Below, piece after piece: positions 1-8,820 of a stretch of DNA of 64,000 nt (position 1 is its first letter; each line of letters starts with the position of its first letter). The position numbers and the translations under genes are program-made. The notes beneath the pieces were generated by a model. That model was given only the letters and a program-made list of their open reading frames with translations, was not told the origin of the DNA and did not search any database. The stretch comes from an uncultured Eubacteriales bacterium. Its GTDB lineage: Bacteria > Bacillota > Clostridia > Oscillospirales > Acutalibacteraceae. The stretch spans positions 3,815 through 67,814 of the forward strand of contig CAKUFK010000008.1 of NCBI GenBank assembly GCA_934647945.1, given 5' to 3'.

Positions 1-980
1 AGCACGTCTCCGAGCTGCTCTTTGAGCAGGGTATGGGATGCCGCATCCGCCGGCGCGGGGGCTTCATCATCGGGAATAAAGTCCCCGAGATGGCTGTCCT
101 CCTCCTCACCGATAGGGGTTTCGAGAGAAACAGGCTCCTGCGCGACCCGCATGATTTCCCGTACCTTATCAACCGGCATATCCAGCTCCAGCGCGATTTC
201 CTCCGCCACCGGCTCATGCCCGTTCTTGTGCAGGAGCTGGCTCGAAACCTTCTTGACCTTGTTAATGGTCTCCACCATATGGACCGGGATCCGGATGGTG
301 CGCGCCTGATCGGCGATCGCACGGGTGATGGCCTGGCGGATCCACCAGGTGGCATAGGTGGAAAATTTGAAGCCCTTGGTGTAATCGAACTTCTCCACCG
401 CCTTGATCAGGCCGAGATTCCCCTCCTGAATGAGGTCAAGGAACTGCATCCCCCGGCCGACATACCGTTTGGCAATGCTGACGACCAGCCGGAGGTTTGC
501 CTCGCTCAGACGCTTTTTCGCGTATTCGTCCCCGTTCATGATCCGCATGGCCAGCTCGATCTCCTCTTCCGAAGAGAGCAGGGGTACCCGGCCGATCTCT
601 TTGAGATAGACCTTGACCGGATCGTCGATGGCGATACCGTCAGCGCCGACCGCCGGCTCCGCCTCGTCGTTCTCCGGAGCTTCGAGGACGAACTCGATGT
701 CGTCGAACGCGGTGTCCGCGAAATCGTCCACAATCTCGATATTCTGGCTTTCCAGAGTTTCATAGAGCTTATCCATCTGCTCCGGATCGAAGTCCAGATC
801 CTCGAGCGCGTCCATGATCTCCTGGGTCGTCAATTTGCCCTTGGCGCGCCCCATTTCGACCAGGTCGCTGACCTGCACCTTTTTATCCTTTTTCACGACC
901 GGCATTTCAATGGCCTCGGCCGCCGCCATGTCCAAATCCTCGCTGATTTCCTCAATCATCTTGGACTCGTTTTGATTCAT
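1..980 (-). CDS. rpoD: RNA polymerase primary sigma factor RpoD (3' end runs off the window)
   Basis: Absent from the ORF track because no stop lies in the window. Reverse translation from the ATG at 980 gives [26 protein letters not shown]. Further in it reads [52 protein letters not shown] (sigma-70 region 2). It lies directly downstream of dnaG, the conserved dnaG-rpoD arrangement. Confidence 0.9.
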   Translation of the reverse strand, partial: MNQNESKMIEEISEDLDMAAAEAIEMPVVKKDKKVQVSDLVEMGRAKGKLTTQEIMDALEDLDFDPEQMDKLYETLESQNIEIVDDFADTAFDDIEFVLEAPENDEAEPAVGADGIAIDDPVKVYLKEIGRVPLLSSEEEIELAMRIMNGDEYAKKRLSEANLRLVVSIAKRYVGRGMQFLDLIQEGNLGLIKAVEKFDYTKGFKFSTYATWWIRQAITRAIADQARTIRIPVHMVETINKVKKVSSQLLHKNGHEPVAEEIALELDMPVDKVREIMRVAQEPVSLETPIGEEEDSHLGDFIPDDEAPAPADAASHTLLKEQLGDV

Positions 981-1010
981 TCCGATCCATCCTTCCACAT
1001 CGACTGGGGT

Positions 1011-2780
1011 CTATCTTTTACGCTCCCGCATTTGCCGGAGCTTTTCCTGTATCTGTTCGGGTGTCAGCTCCGCGGGGCTGTCGAGACCCAGCAGCTGGTT
1101 TTCCTCCCGGATAATGCCGGCATACCGGCGAAGCTCCTCCCGCGGATCGGCACCAGCCCGCTCCCTGGCATCCCGTACCATTCGGGAGAGGTAGCCCATC
1201 CCCTCTTCATCCACATCCCCGGCGAGGAAACCGAGCTCCACCGGCTGCCCGCCCGCCTGCCGTTCCAGGAGACGGCGGTATATATCCTGATTGAAGGGAG
1301 TCACCATCTCATCCGCGGAGAGAAGGCGGCCCGCCTCTGGAAGCAAATCGGGATTGAGAAGCAGAAGTCCGAGCATCGCTTCTTCCGCACTGGCGGCCCG
1401 CACATGGGCCGCCGCTTCGGGGTTGGCCTTTTTGACCAGGCCTTCGGCTTTCCGGACAATGGCCGACATCTGTTTATCCTTCTGCTGCTTCCGGCGTTTT
1501 TCCATCAGGTAGCGCACCTGTTCGAGCAGGGCTTCCTTGGAAACCGACAGTTCCCCCGCCAATTTACCGGCGTACACATCCCGTTCGACAGGGTTCTGCA
1601 GCTCCGCGAGTATCTGCGCGGCGTCCCTCAGATACGCCACCCGGCCGTCCGCCGTGGTCAGGATATGCCGGCGGCCGAGCTCCATCAAACGGTATTCCAC
1701 GTCGTTCGCGGATTTTTCAAGCAGCAGCTTGAAGCGTTCGGGCCCGTTCTTTTTAATGAACTCATCCGGGTCCTTGCCGTCCGGCACCGTGACGACCCGG
1801 ATGTGCAGCCCGGTCTCCCGCAGAAGCCCTATCGCGCGCTGAGCCCCTTTCTGACCGGCCGTGTCGGCGTCGAAGACGAGCACCGCCTCATCGGCATAGC
1901 GCGCGAGCAGACGGGCATGATCGGCGGTGAAGGAGGTGCCGAGCGCCGCCACCGCGTTGGTAAACCCGGCCTGATGCAGCGCAATCACATCCATATACCC
2001 TTCACAGAGGATGAGCTGCCGCCCGCCCGCGGCTTTGGCAAAATTGAGAGCGAAGAGGTTGTTGGTCTTTTTGAACACCAGCGTCTCGCCCGAATTCAGG
2101 TATTTCGGTTTAGAATTGTCGAGCACCCGGCCCCCGAAGGCAATCACGCCTCCCCGGATATCGATGATCGGGATCATCACCCGGTTGCGGAACAGGTCAT
2201 AGAGATGGTTCGGATTGTTCCGGCCCCGGCCGCACAGCCAGGCAGCCGTCAGTTCCTCGTCGTGAAATCCCTTTTTTCGCAGTGAATCCCGCAGAAAATC
2301 GAAACTGTCGGGAGCGTATCCCAGCCCGAAATGACGGATGGTGGCGTCGGTATAGCCGCGGGAATGGTAGTAATCGAGCCCCGCCTTCCCCTCCGGCGCG
2401 TAGAGCAGCGCGTGATAGAGCCGGGCGGCCTCCCGATTGGCCTCAAGAACCCGCAGGCGCATTCGCGACGCCGCGTCGTTCATCTTGTTCTCCGGCATCG
2501 CCATCCCCGCCCGGTCGGCCAGGAATTTGACGGCGTCGAGATAGTCGAGATTTTCGATTTTTTTGATGAAGGTGATGACGTCTCCGCCCGCGCCGCAGCC
2601 GAAGCAGTAAAAGGACGCGGTTTCGGGATAGAGATTGAAAGAGGGGGTCTTTTCCCCATGAAAGGGGCAAAGCCCCACGAGATTGCGCCCCCTCCTTTTG
2701 AGACGGACATAAGAGGAAACGACGCTCTCGATGTCGCTGCGGTCCAGCAGCTCCTGCAAAAACGACTCCGGCAGCGGCAT
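1011..2780 (-). CDS. dnaG: DNA primase DnaG
   Basis: Part of ORF 1011..2873. Zinc-ribbon motif CPFHGEKTPSFNLYPETASFYCFGCGAGGDVITF, then a TOPRIM-like region (EGYMDVIALHQAGF, VLVFDADTAGQKG). Start moved to the ATG at 2780 (MPLPESFLQELL), which is preceded by GGAGGTG. Confidence 0.93.
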   Translation of the reverse strand: MPLPESFLQELLDRSDIESVVSSYVRLKRRGRNLVGLCPFHGEKTPSFNLYPETASFYCFGCGAGGDVITFIKKIENLDYLDAVKFLADRAGMAMPENKMNDAASRMRLRVLEANREAARLYHALLYAPEGKAGLDYYHSRGYTDATIRHFGLGYAPDSFDFLRDSLRKKGFHDEELTAAWLCGRGRNNPNHLYDLFRNRVMIPIIDIRGGVIAFGGRVLDNSKPKYLNSGETLVFKKTNNLFALNFAKAAGGRQLILCEGYMDVIALHQAGFTNAVAALGTSFTADHARLLARYADEAVLVFDADTAGQKGAQRAIGLLRETGLHIRVVTVPDGKDPDEFIKKNGPERFKLLLEKSANDVEYRLMELGRRHILTTADGRVAYLRDAAQILAELQNPVERDVYAGKLAGELSVSKEALLEQVRYLMEKRRKQQKDKQMSAIVRKAEGLVKKANPEAAAHVRAASAEEAMLGLLLLNPDLLPEAGRLLSADEMVTPFNQDIYRRLLERQAGGQPVELGFLAGDVDEEGMGYLSRMVRDARERAGADPREELRRYAGIIREENQLLGLDSPAELTPEQIQEKLRQMRERKR

Positions 2781-2884
2781 CCGATCACCTCCGCTCACGC
2801 TCCCGGCCGCGGCCGGAGCCGCGGGATGGGGTATACTGGAAAAAAACACCGGATTACGGGTATTCTTGCCCAAAAAAGAACTAT

Positions 2885-3898
2885 TTATGTAAAGCCGTCA
2901 GCCTTTACCTCCCAACTGCGGGGGATAAACAGGGCGTGATAGACCTCCAGCGCGTAATTATCGGTCATCCCCGCGATATAATCGCAGACCGCGCGGTGAA
3001 CCCCCTCGTTCTCCCGTATGGCACGGTATTCCGAAGGCAGACGGTCGGGATGCTCCACAAAAAAGGCGAACATGCGGGTGATGAGCCCCTCCACCTTGCT
3101 CTCTTCCCCTTTGGCAACGGGGTTGCGGTAAAGGGATTCGAATAAAAAAGCGTGCAGGCGGTCGAAAGGCTCCTGGATCTCCGGCGCCATCCCGATATCC
3201 TCTCCGCTGTTCTCCACAATGGAGCGCACGAGGGTGTCGATGCGGGTGGTACGGCGGTCCCCCAGCGCCTTCCGGATATCGGCGGGGACATCGGTCTCCC
3301 GGAGCACACCGGCCCGGACCGCGTCGTCGATATCGTGGTTGATATACGCCACCCGATCGGCAAGGCGGACGATCCGGCCCTCGAGCGTCATGGCCGGCGT
3401 GCCGCGGGTATGGCAGCGGATGCCGTCCCGGACCTCGACGGTCAGGTTCAGCCCCCGTCCGTCGTTTTCCAGCCGTTCCACCACCCGCGCGCTCTGTTCG
3501 TAATGCCGGAACCCTCCCTCCATGACAGCGTCGAGAGCCCGCTCCCCCGCATGGCCGAAAGGGGTGTGCCCCAGATCGTGGCCCAGGGAGATCGCCTCGG
3601 TCAAATCCTCATTCAGGCGCAGCGCCCGCGCGATGGTACGGGCGATCTGGGATACCTCGAGGGTATGGGTCAGGCGGGTACGGTAATGATCCCCTTCGGG
3701 CGACAGGAAAACCTGCGTTTTATGCTTGAGACGGCGGAACGCTTTCGAATGCAGGATGCGATCCCGGTCCCGCTGATAAGCGGGCCGATAGGCGCAGGGT
3801 TCCTCTTCCCGGTCCCGGCCCTTGGAACAGGCCGACAAAGCAGCGCGGGGAGACAACACGATCCGTTCGACTTCCTCCTGGCGTTCCCGTGCCGTCAT
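2885..3898 (-). CDS. dGTP triphosphohydrolase-like HD-domain protein
   Basis: Part of ORF 2885..4141. HD motifs: RLTHTLEVSQIARTIARAL and LGHDLGHTPFGHAGE. Start set at ATG 3898 (MTARERQEE), which has an upstream GGACGAGGAA. The longer ORF start has no RBS. Confidence 0.85.
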   Translation of the reverse strand: MTARERQEEVERIVLSPRAALSACSKGRDREEEPCAYRPAYQRDRDRILHSKAFRRLKHKTQVFLSPEGDHYRTRLTHTLEVSQIARTIARALRLNEDLTEAISLGHDLGHTPFGHAGERALDAVMEGGFRHYEQSARVVERLENDGRGLNLTVEVRDGIRCHTRGTPAMTLEGRIVRLADRVAYINHDIDDAVRAGVLRETDVPADIRKALGDRRTTRIDTLVRSIVENSGEDIGMAPEIQEPFDRLHAFLFESLYRNPVAKGEESKVEGLITRMFAFFVEHPDRLPSEYRAIRENEGVHRAVCDYIAGMTDNYALEVYHALFIPRSWEVKADGFT

Positions 3899-4055
3899 GG
3901 TTCCTCGTCCTTTCTCATTCCATTCTGTCCGCCGTCCCGCGACAGGACCGCTTCTATAAGTACTATACGCAGACAGCGTCGGTTTTTCCTGCCGGACAGG
4001 CCATCTTTTTTTCCATTCCGTGTATTTCCCCGATTTTCCACAATTTTTTTCGATA

Positions 4056-4685
4056 TTAAGGCAGATCAAACGGGTAAAATGCCTCGTCTTCCCGCACCGC
4101 CGCAAGGCGTCCGGCGCTTTTTTCGGTGAGCTGCCTCTCAAAATCCGGCAGCCGGTCGAACGGCATATGGAAGCGCAGCGTCACATCCTCGGCATAGGCA
4201 GTCCCGTCCAGGATCCCGCCGCAGGAGAGGATCAGCGGCTCTGCCATCCCCACACGGGCATAATCACAGCGCAGGATCAGGCGGACGCACGGCCGCATCT
4301 CTACCGGTTTTGCCGCGCCGACCGCGAGTGAAGCACTGTGGGAATACGCCCTCACAAGGCCGCCTGTTCCGAGCAGAGTCCCGCCGAAATAGCGGATCAC
4401 CATCACGGCGCAGTCGGCAAGTCCCGCCTTGAGCAACACATCGAGGACCGGCATCCCCGCCGTCCCCTGCGGTTCCCCGTCGTCGGAATAGCGGCGGACC
4501 TGCCCTTCGCGCAGGACATACGCCGTGACATGATGGCTGGCGTTCCAATGCGCCTTTTTGAGCCGCGCGAAAAACGCGAGGGCCTCCTCCTCGCTGGCCG
4601 CCGGCCGGATACAGCCGATAAAGCGGGACCGTTTTTCTACGAATTCCGCCTCCGCTTCTTTCAAAACCGTACGGTATGCCTCCAT
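4056..4685 (-). CDS. YigZ / IMPACT-family (UPF0029) protein
   Basis: Part of ORF 4056..4862. MEAYRTV..EFVEKRSRFIGCIRPA...HHVTAYVL...RYSDDGEPQGTAGMPVLDVL...VIRYFGGTLLGTGGLVRAY is the typical YigZ N-terminal domain. Start at ATG 4685. Confidence 0.8.
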   Translation of the reverse strand: MEAYRTVLKEAEAEFVEKRSRFIGCIRPAASEEEALAFFARLKKAHWNASHHVTAYVLREGQVRRYSDDGEPQGTAGMPVLDVLLKAGLADCAVMVIRYFGGTLLGTGGLVRAYSHSASLAVGAAKPVEMRPCVRLILRCDYARVGMAEPLILSCGGILDGTAYAEDVTLRFHMPFDRLPDFERQLTEKSAGRLAAVREDEAFYPFDLP

Positions 4686-4762
4686 GGTGCCCCGCTCCTT
4701 TCCAATCGCCGAGACGGACGAGAAGGGGGCAGCGCTGATGCGCTGCCCCGGCCAATCGTTTC

Positions 4763-4975
4763 TTATTGGTTGTCTTCCTTCATACCAAACCGCTTCTTGA
4801 AACGGTCCACACGGCCGCCGGTGTCGACGAGCTTCTGTTTGCCGGTGAAGAACGGATGGCATTTCGAGCAGATTTCCACACGGATATTGCTCTTGGTCGA
4901 GGAGGTTTCAATCACTTCGCCGCAGGCGCAGGTGATGGTCGTCTTCTCATACTTGGGATGGATGGCCTCTTTCAT
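4763..4975 (-). CDS. rpmE: 50S ribosomal protein L31
   Basis: Last 70 codons of composite ORF 4763..5917: [64 protein letters not shown]. Confidence 0.95.
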   Translation of the reverse strand: MKEAIHPKYEKTTITCACGEVIETSSTKSNIRVEICSKCHPFFTGKQKLVDTGGRVDRFKKRFGMKEDNQ

Positions 4976-5053
4976 TCGTGTCACCTCTTTCAGAAGCCCT
5001 GTCGCACAGGACGGGGGCGGGGATAACCGGAGCAAAAGCCCCGTGAATTCACA

Positions 5054-5144
5054 TGGCGGAGAGTTAGGGATTTGAACCCTAGGTACGGGATTACCGTACA
5101 CACGATTTCCAATCGTGCGCCTTCGACCACTCAGCCAACTCTCC
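5054..5144 (-). tRNA. tRNA-Ser (anticodon GGA), long variable arm, CCA encoded
   Basis: The reverse complement is GGAGAGTTGGCTGAGTGGTCGAAGGCGCACGATTGGAAATCGTGTGTACGGTAATCCGTACCTAGGGTTCAAATCCCTAACTCTCCGCCA. It has a 7-bp acceptor stem GGAGAGT/ACTCTCC, anticodon stem CACGA/TCGTG with loop TTGGAAA, and a T-arm TAGGG-TTCAAAT-CCCTA. Confidence 0.9.
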
Positions 5145-5183
5145 ATCGGGCCTTTGAGCGTCCACGCCCAAAGGCGCTCAATT

Positions 5184-5212
5184 ATTATAATGAATACCCG
5201 CCAAAAAATCAA
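5184..5212 (-). promoter_or_regulatory. Sigma-A-type promoter upstream of tRNA-Ser
   Basis: The minus strand reads TTGATT-17 nt-TATAAT about 40 nt upstream of the tRNA 5' end. Confidence 0.4.
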
Positions 5213-5262
5213 GCCCTTTTCTGACTTTTTCAAAAAAATTTCAGGACAGGCCCCTTCCGGGA

Positions 5263-5934
5263 TCAGCCGTCGTAATCCAGGCGGATCGGCTGCGTCATGG
5301 AAACGGCGGCGCGGGCCACCCGCAGCAGCGCCGCAAAACCCCGTTTGGCAAAGCAGTCCAGATCCCGCCCGCCTTTTCCGTTTTCCAACGCCTCCCAGGA
5401 GGCAATCTCCGCTTCGGAGGCCTTCCAGGTGTCCCGGTTGAGCGCCTCCAGCTCCCTGAGAAGCTGCGCCGCCGAACCAATCGGGATCTCCTCCTCCCCG
5501 GCCGGATCGGGGCCGGTAAGTACCACATCCGCATCGTACGGCAGGAACATTTCGCAATTGGCCGCCACCGTGGGATAACGGCAGGCATCCCGTTTCTGTG
5601 CCGCTTGGAAAACCGGCAGGGTCTCGAGCCTCTCCAGCCAATCCGCCGGCAACGGCTCCGGCTTCCTCTGCTGATCCCGGTACAAAGCCCAGAGGAGCAG
5701 GCCATACCACCCCTCCCACCCGGGCTCCGCGGTGACACAGGCACCGTCCGGGCTTTCCTCCCAATAGACCGGCTCCCCCACAGCGTCCAGCGCCGCTTGG
5801 CAGGCCATGTCCCGCCAGCCGCAGGCGAGGGATTCGATTCTGGAAAGCGGCGGAAGCGCGTCCGAAGCGGGGGATCCCGGCCAGTCGTGGGCGTAATAAC
5901 GGGTCAATGGGCCACAATAGAGCGTCAAACGCAT
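5263..5934 (-). CDS. Hypothetical Trp-rich acidic protein, no domain recognised
   Basis: Part of ORF 5263..6030. Start set at ATG 5934 ([10 protein letters not shown]), 20 nt after the asnA stop. Codon usage looks like the neighbouring genes. Confidence 0.55.
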   Translation of the reverse strand: MRLTLYCGPLTRYYAHDWPGSPASDALPPLSRIESLACGWRDMACQAALDAVGEPVYWEESPDGACVTAEPGWEGWYGLLLWALYRDQQRKPEPLPADWLERLETLPVFQAAQKRDACRYPTVAANCEMFLPYDADVVLTGPDPAGEEEIPIGSAAQLLRELEALNRDTWKASEAEIASWEALENGKGGRDLDCFAKRGFAALLRVARAAVSMTQPIRLDYDG

Positions 5935-5953
5935 GGATATACCGTCCTTTCTG

Positions 5954-6976
5954 TCACAGCAGCGGAACGCCGGCAGCCGCGCACTCCTCCGCCATGCCCT
6001 CCGGCCAAAGGGAGGCCTGCACTTCCCCAATATGGGCTTTTCCGAGGAAAAACATGCACAGCCGGGACTGGCCGATCCCCCCGCCGATGGTCTGGGGCAG
6101 TTCGCCGTTCAAAAGCGCTCTCTGGAAAGGAAGCGCGGCCCGCTCCTCGCATCCCGCGTCGGCGAGCTGGCGGCGCAAGGCGTCCGCATCCACCCGGATC
6201 CCCATGGACGAGACCTCGAAGGCCCGGTCCAAAAGCGGATAATAGAAGATCAGATCGCCGTTGAGAGACCAATCGTCGTAATCGGGCGCCCTGCCGTCGT
6301 GCCGGCGCCCGGACCGAAGCGCGCCGCCGATCCCGGTCAGAAAGACCGCGCCGTATTCCCGGGCCGCTTCGGTCTCCCGCTCAGACGGAGACAGAGCGGG
6401 ATAGCGGTCCTCGAGCTCCTGGGTGCTGACGATATGGACGGCCTCAGGAAGCAGGCGCGGCAGGCCCGGGATCCTGTCCGCAACCGCCGCCTCGGTTTCC
6501 TTGAAGACCCGGTAAATCGTCTCCACCGTTTTCCGCAGGTATGCGGGGGACCGGTCTTCGGATCGGATCACCTTTTCCCAGTCCCACTGATCCACATACA
6601 GGGAATGCAGGTTGTCCGTCACCTCGTCCCGGCGGATCGCATTCATATCGGTATAAAGGCCGCTGCCGGCCCGGATCCCATAACGGCCGAGAGCATGCCG
6701 TTTCCACTTGGCCAGGGAGTGGACGATTTCGGCCTTCCGCCCGCCGTCATACCGCATGTCGAAGACGACCGGCCGCTCCACCCCGTTCAGATTATCGTTG
6801 AGCCCGGATTCCGGCCGGACAAACAGCGGCGCGGACACACGGGTCAGGGACAGCGCGTCCGCCAGCCGGTTTTCAAAGGTATCCTTGAGAAACTTGATGG
6901 CCCTTTCGGTTTCGGCAATCCCCAGCTGCGGGCGGTATCCCTTCGGGATTTTGAGCTGATAACGGCTTTCATCCAT
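5954..6976 (-). CDS. asnA: Aspartate--ammonia ligase (asparagine synthetase A)
   Basis: 340 aa. MDESRYQLKIPKGYRPQLGIAETERAIKFLKDTFENRLADALSLTRVSAPLFV and the QSRLCMFFLGKAHIGEV C-terminal motif are typical of AsnA. Confidence 0.92.
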   Translation of the reverse strand: MDESRYQLKIPKGYRPQLGIAETERAIKFLKDTFENRLADALSLTRVSAPLFVRPESGLNDNLNGVERPVVFDMRYDGGRKAEIVHSLAKWKRHALGRYGIRAGSGLYTDMNAIRRDEVTDNLHSLYVDQWDWEKVIRSEDRSPAYLRKTVETIYRVFKETEAAVADRIPGLPRLLPEAVHIVSTQELEDRYPALSPSERETEAAREYGAVFLTGIGGALRSGRRHDGRAPDYDDWSLNGDLIFYYPLLDRAFEVSSMGIRVDADALRRQLADAGCEERAALPFQRALLNGELPQTIGGGIGQSRLCMFFLGKAHIGEVQASLWPEGMAEECAAAGVPLL

Positions 6977-7003
6977 GCTGACGCGACCCCCTCTTGCATG
7001 TAG

Positions 7004-7029
7004 AAAAACGCCCGACTGTTCGTCGAGCG
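7004..7029 (-). terminator. Intrinsic terminator after the 5S rRNA gene
   Basis: Minus-strand RNA CGCUCGAC-GAACA-GUCGGGCG followed by UUUUU. The stem is 8 bp including one G-U pair. Confidence 0.5.
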
Positions 7030-7037
7030 TTCTCCGT

Positions 7038-7153
7038 GTCGGCGCCTGCCTATTTTCCCGGGCCGCTTCCAGCCGAGTATCGTGGGCGCAAATGGGCTTA
7101 ACTGCCGTGTTCGGGATGGGAACGGGTGTACCCCCACCGCCATCGGCACCGAC
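7038..7153 (-). rRNA. rrf: 5S ribosomal RNA (stand-alone copy)
   Basis: The minus strand reads GTCGGTGCCGATGGCGGTGGGGGTACACCCGTTCCCATCCCGAACACGGCAGTTAAGCCCATTTGCGCCCACGATACTCGGCTGGAAGCGGCCCGGGAAAATAGGCAGGCGCCGAC. It carries the universal 5S core, and helix I closes as GTCGGTGCC/GGCGCCGAC. Length is 116 nt. Confidence 0.88.
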
Positions 7154-7203
7154 TGCTTATCGCTGTCCTCCGGGATATCACCGAATTCCAAACGACAAGA
7201 CAC

Positions 7204-7232
7204 AGTATAACACGCTCTTCTCAAAATTGCAA
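7204..7232 (-). promoter_or_regulatory. Sigma-A-type promoter with extended -10, upstream of the 5S gene
   Basis: The minus strand reads TTGCAA-17 nt-TATACT, preceded by TGT (a TGn extended -10). It lies about 50 nt upstream of the 5S 5' end. Confidence 0.45.
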
Positions 7233-7237
7233 GCCTT

Positions 7238-8323
7238 TTATCCAGCCTGCCCTGCAATATGCCCCGAAAACAGCGCCTCGATCGGCTTTATCCGGTCGAC
7301 CCGGCAAAACGAATCCGCCCGTTCCTCGGCCTTGGAGGCGTAATGCCGGCGGGTCTCCTCCGGCAGCATCCGCCGCAGCCCGTCCAGCAGCGCCTCTTCG
7401 CTGTTTTCCGTCACAATGCCGTATTCACCGTCCCCGAGCAGCTCTTTCGCCCCGCATACATTGGTGGTGACGACAGGCTTTCCGAGCAGGACGGCCTCGG
7501 TGGCCGCCACGCTCAGCCCCTCGATAAACGAGGAGCAGACATAAACGTCCGACCGGCTGATAAACCGGTAGGGATTGGTCTGATAGCCCCAAAGCCGGAC
7601 AGAGTCTTCCAGATGATGGGCCCGGATATAGGCCTCCATGTTTTTCCGTTCGTGTCCATCCCCGACAAACCAGAGCTGCTGCCGGACCCCCTCGTCCAAT
7701 AAGGCCTTATGACAGGCGAGCAGGCGCAGGAACCCTTTTTCCGGGCTGAACCGGCCGACGGTGCAGAGGATCGGCGCGTCACGGCGAACCTCCTCCCCGA
7801 TCGGTTCGGACGCGGCCTCCTCGATAGCCTTGTAATCGATCGGGTTGTAGCACAGGATCAGGTCGTCCGGCCGGCCGTACAGCGGCGCAAAGGCCTCCAT
7901 GACTTCGCTGGAAATGAACACCATCTTATCAAACCGCTGGTGTTCCTTCAGATGATCCGTATCCAGCCCATGCATCCACGCGAGCTTGACCGCGCGGCTG
8001 GGCGATTTGGACAGCATCCGTGTCGGCACCCCCGCCTGGAAGGCGATTTCATAGTCATATTCTCTGCGCACCAGCCGCCGGTACAGCCATGTCTGCGGCA
8101 ACAGCGATACCAGATGGGACAGGCCTTTGAAATAGGTCTTGAAAACCGGCTGGACATGGACGCGCGGGTCGATGTGGTACCGGCCCGGATCATAGCGGAA
8201 AAGGACCAGCAGCGTCACGTCGAACCGGTCTTTATCGAGCCCGTTGACGATGTCGACGGCCACCTTATCCACACCGCCCACAAAAAGATGATTGGTCACA
8301 AACAGCAACCGCGTTTTTTCCAT
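7238..8323 (-). CDS. Glycosyltransferase, GT4 (GT-B fold) family
   Basis: Part of ORF 7238..8425. Begins MEKTRLLFVTNHLFVGGVDKV and has the C-terminal motif VCSSFIEGLSVAATEAVLLGKPVVTTNVCGAKELL (EX7E-like). Start at ATG 8323. Confidence 0.85.
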   Translation of the reverse strand: MEKTRLLFVTNHLFVGGVDKVAVDIVNGLDKDRFDVTLLVLFRYDPGRYHIDPRVHVQPVFKTYFKGLSHLVSLLPQTWLYRRLVRREYDYEIAFQAGVPTRMLSKSPSRAVKLAWMHGLDTDHLKEHQRFDKMVFISSEVMEAFAPLYGRPDDLILCYNPIDYKAIEEAASEPIGEEVRRDAPILCTVGRFSPEKGFLRLLACHKALLDEGVRQQLWFVGDGHERKNMEAYIRAHHLEDSVRLWGYQTNPYRFISRSDVYVCSSFIEGLSVAATEAVLLGKPVVTTNVCGAKELLGDGEYGIVTENSEEALLDGLRRMLPEETRRHYASKAEERADSFCRVDRIKPIEALFSGHIAGQAG

Positions 8324-8651
8324 AAAACATCCTCCTGGCCGACAGAGAGCGGACACGCTCCGCGCCGATTCACATTCCCGCGCGCGCCGCTTCGCGGACC
8401 ATCCTGTCCGTTTTGACAGCAGCACAAAGCCAAATCATTATAGCATAGCGTGGGGCGTTTGTCACGGGCTTTTTGATGAATTCCCGCCAAACGCCATCCG
8501 GCGTCCTGTTCGGCCGCCTTTGGGCAGGTGCCTTCGGAGGGTTGCCGAACGGCTCCCCCGCCTGCCTGCCCCCCCTGTCGGTCCGGCGGCGGGGCGGGTA
8601 TGTCGGGAGCTCCCGTCCGGCAACCGGCATCCGGGCTGGCTGCGGAGTCGG

Positions 8652-8681
8652 TTGACACGCCTTCTTTCTTTGTGCTATAAT
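8652..8681 (+). promoter_or_regulatory. Strong sigma-A-type promoter for the polysaccharide locus
   Basis: TTGACA-18 nt-TATAAT with TGC immediately before the -10 (extended -10). It lies about 140 nt upstream of the Wzz-like CDS. Confidence 0.5.
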
Positions 8682-8820
8682 GCGTCAGTATACGTTAGGA
8701 ATCGCGTGTGGAGCAGCTTCATCGTTCCGCATCCCGGCCTTGCGGTCCGCCCCGCGGCCGCTTTGCCGTATGCAACCGCCGTTGTACATTGTGTAAGAAT
8801 TTTGAAAGGACTGTCGTTTA

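Noticed and set aside
33-2285. 750-aa plus-strand ORF spanning the rpoD/dnaG region
   Set aside because: It is antisense to two unmistakable genes (RpoD region 2 motifs and the DnaG zinc ribbon/TOPRIM read on the minus strand). The product is Arg/Gly/Pro/His-rich with no motifs, a typical high-GC shadow ORF.
5145-5262. Looked for integrase, att repeats or other mobile-element signs next to tRNA-Ser, and for transposases or CRISPR repeats anywhere in the window
   Set aside because: No recombinase-like ORF was found, and no direct repeat of the tRNA 3' end. The only regularly arranged repeat is the 652-bp paralog duplication.
4763-5917. 384-aa minus-strand ORF
   Set aside because: It is a composite read-through. 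Only the last 70 codons are rpmE. The upstream part runs through the tRNA-Ser gene and out of frame across the hypothetical gene.
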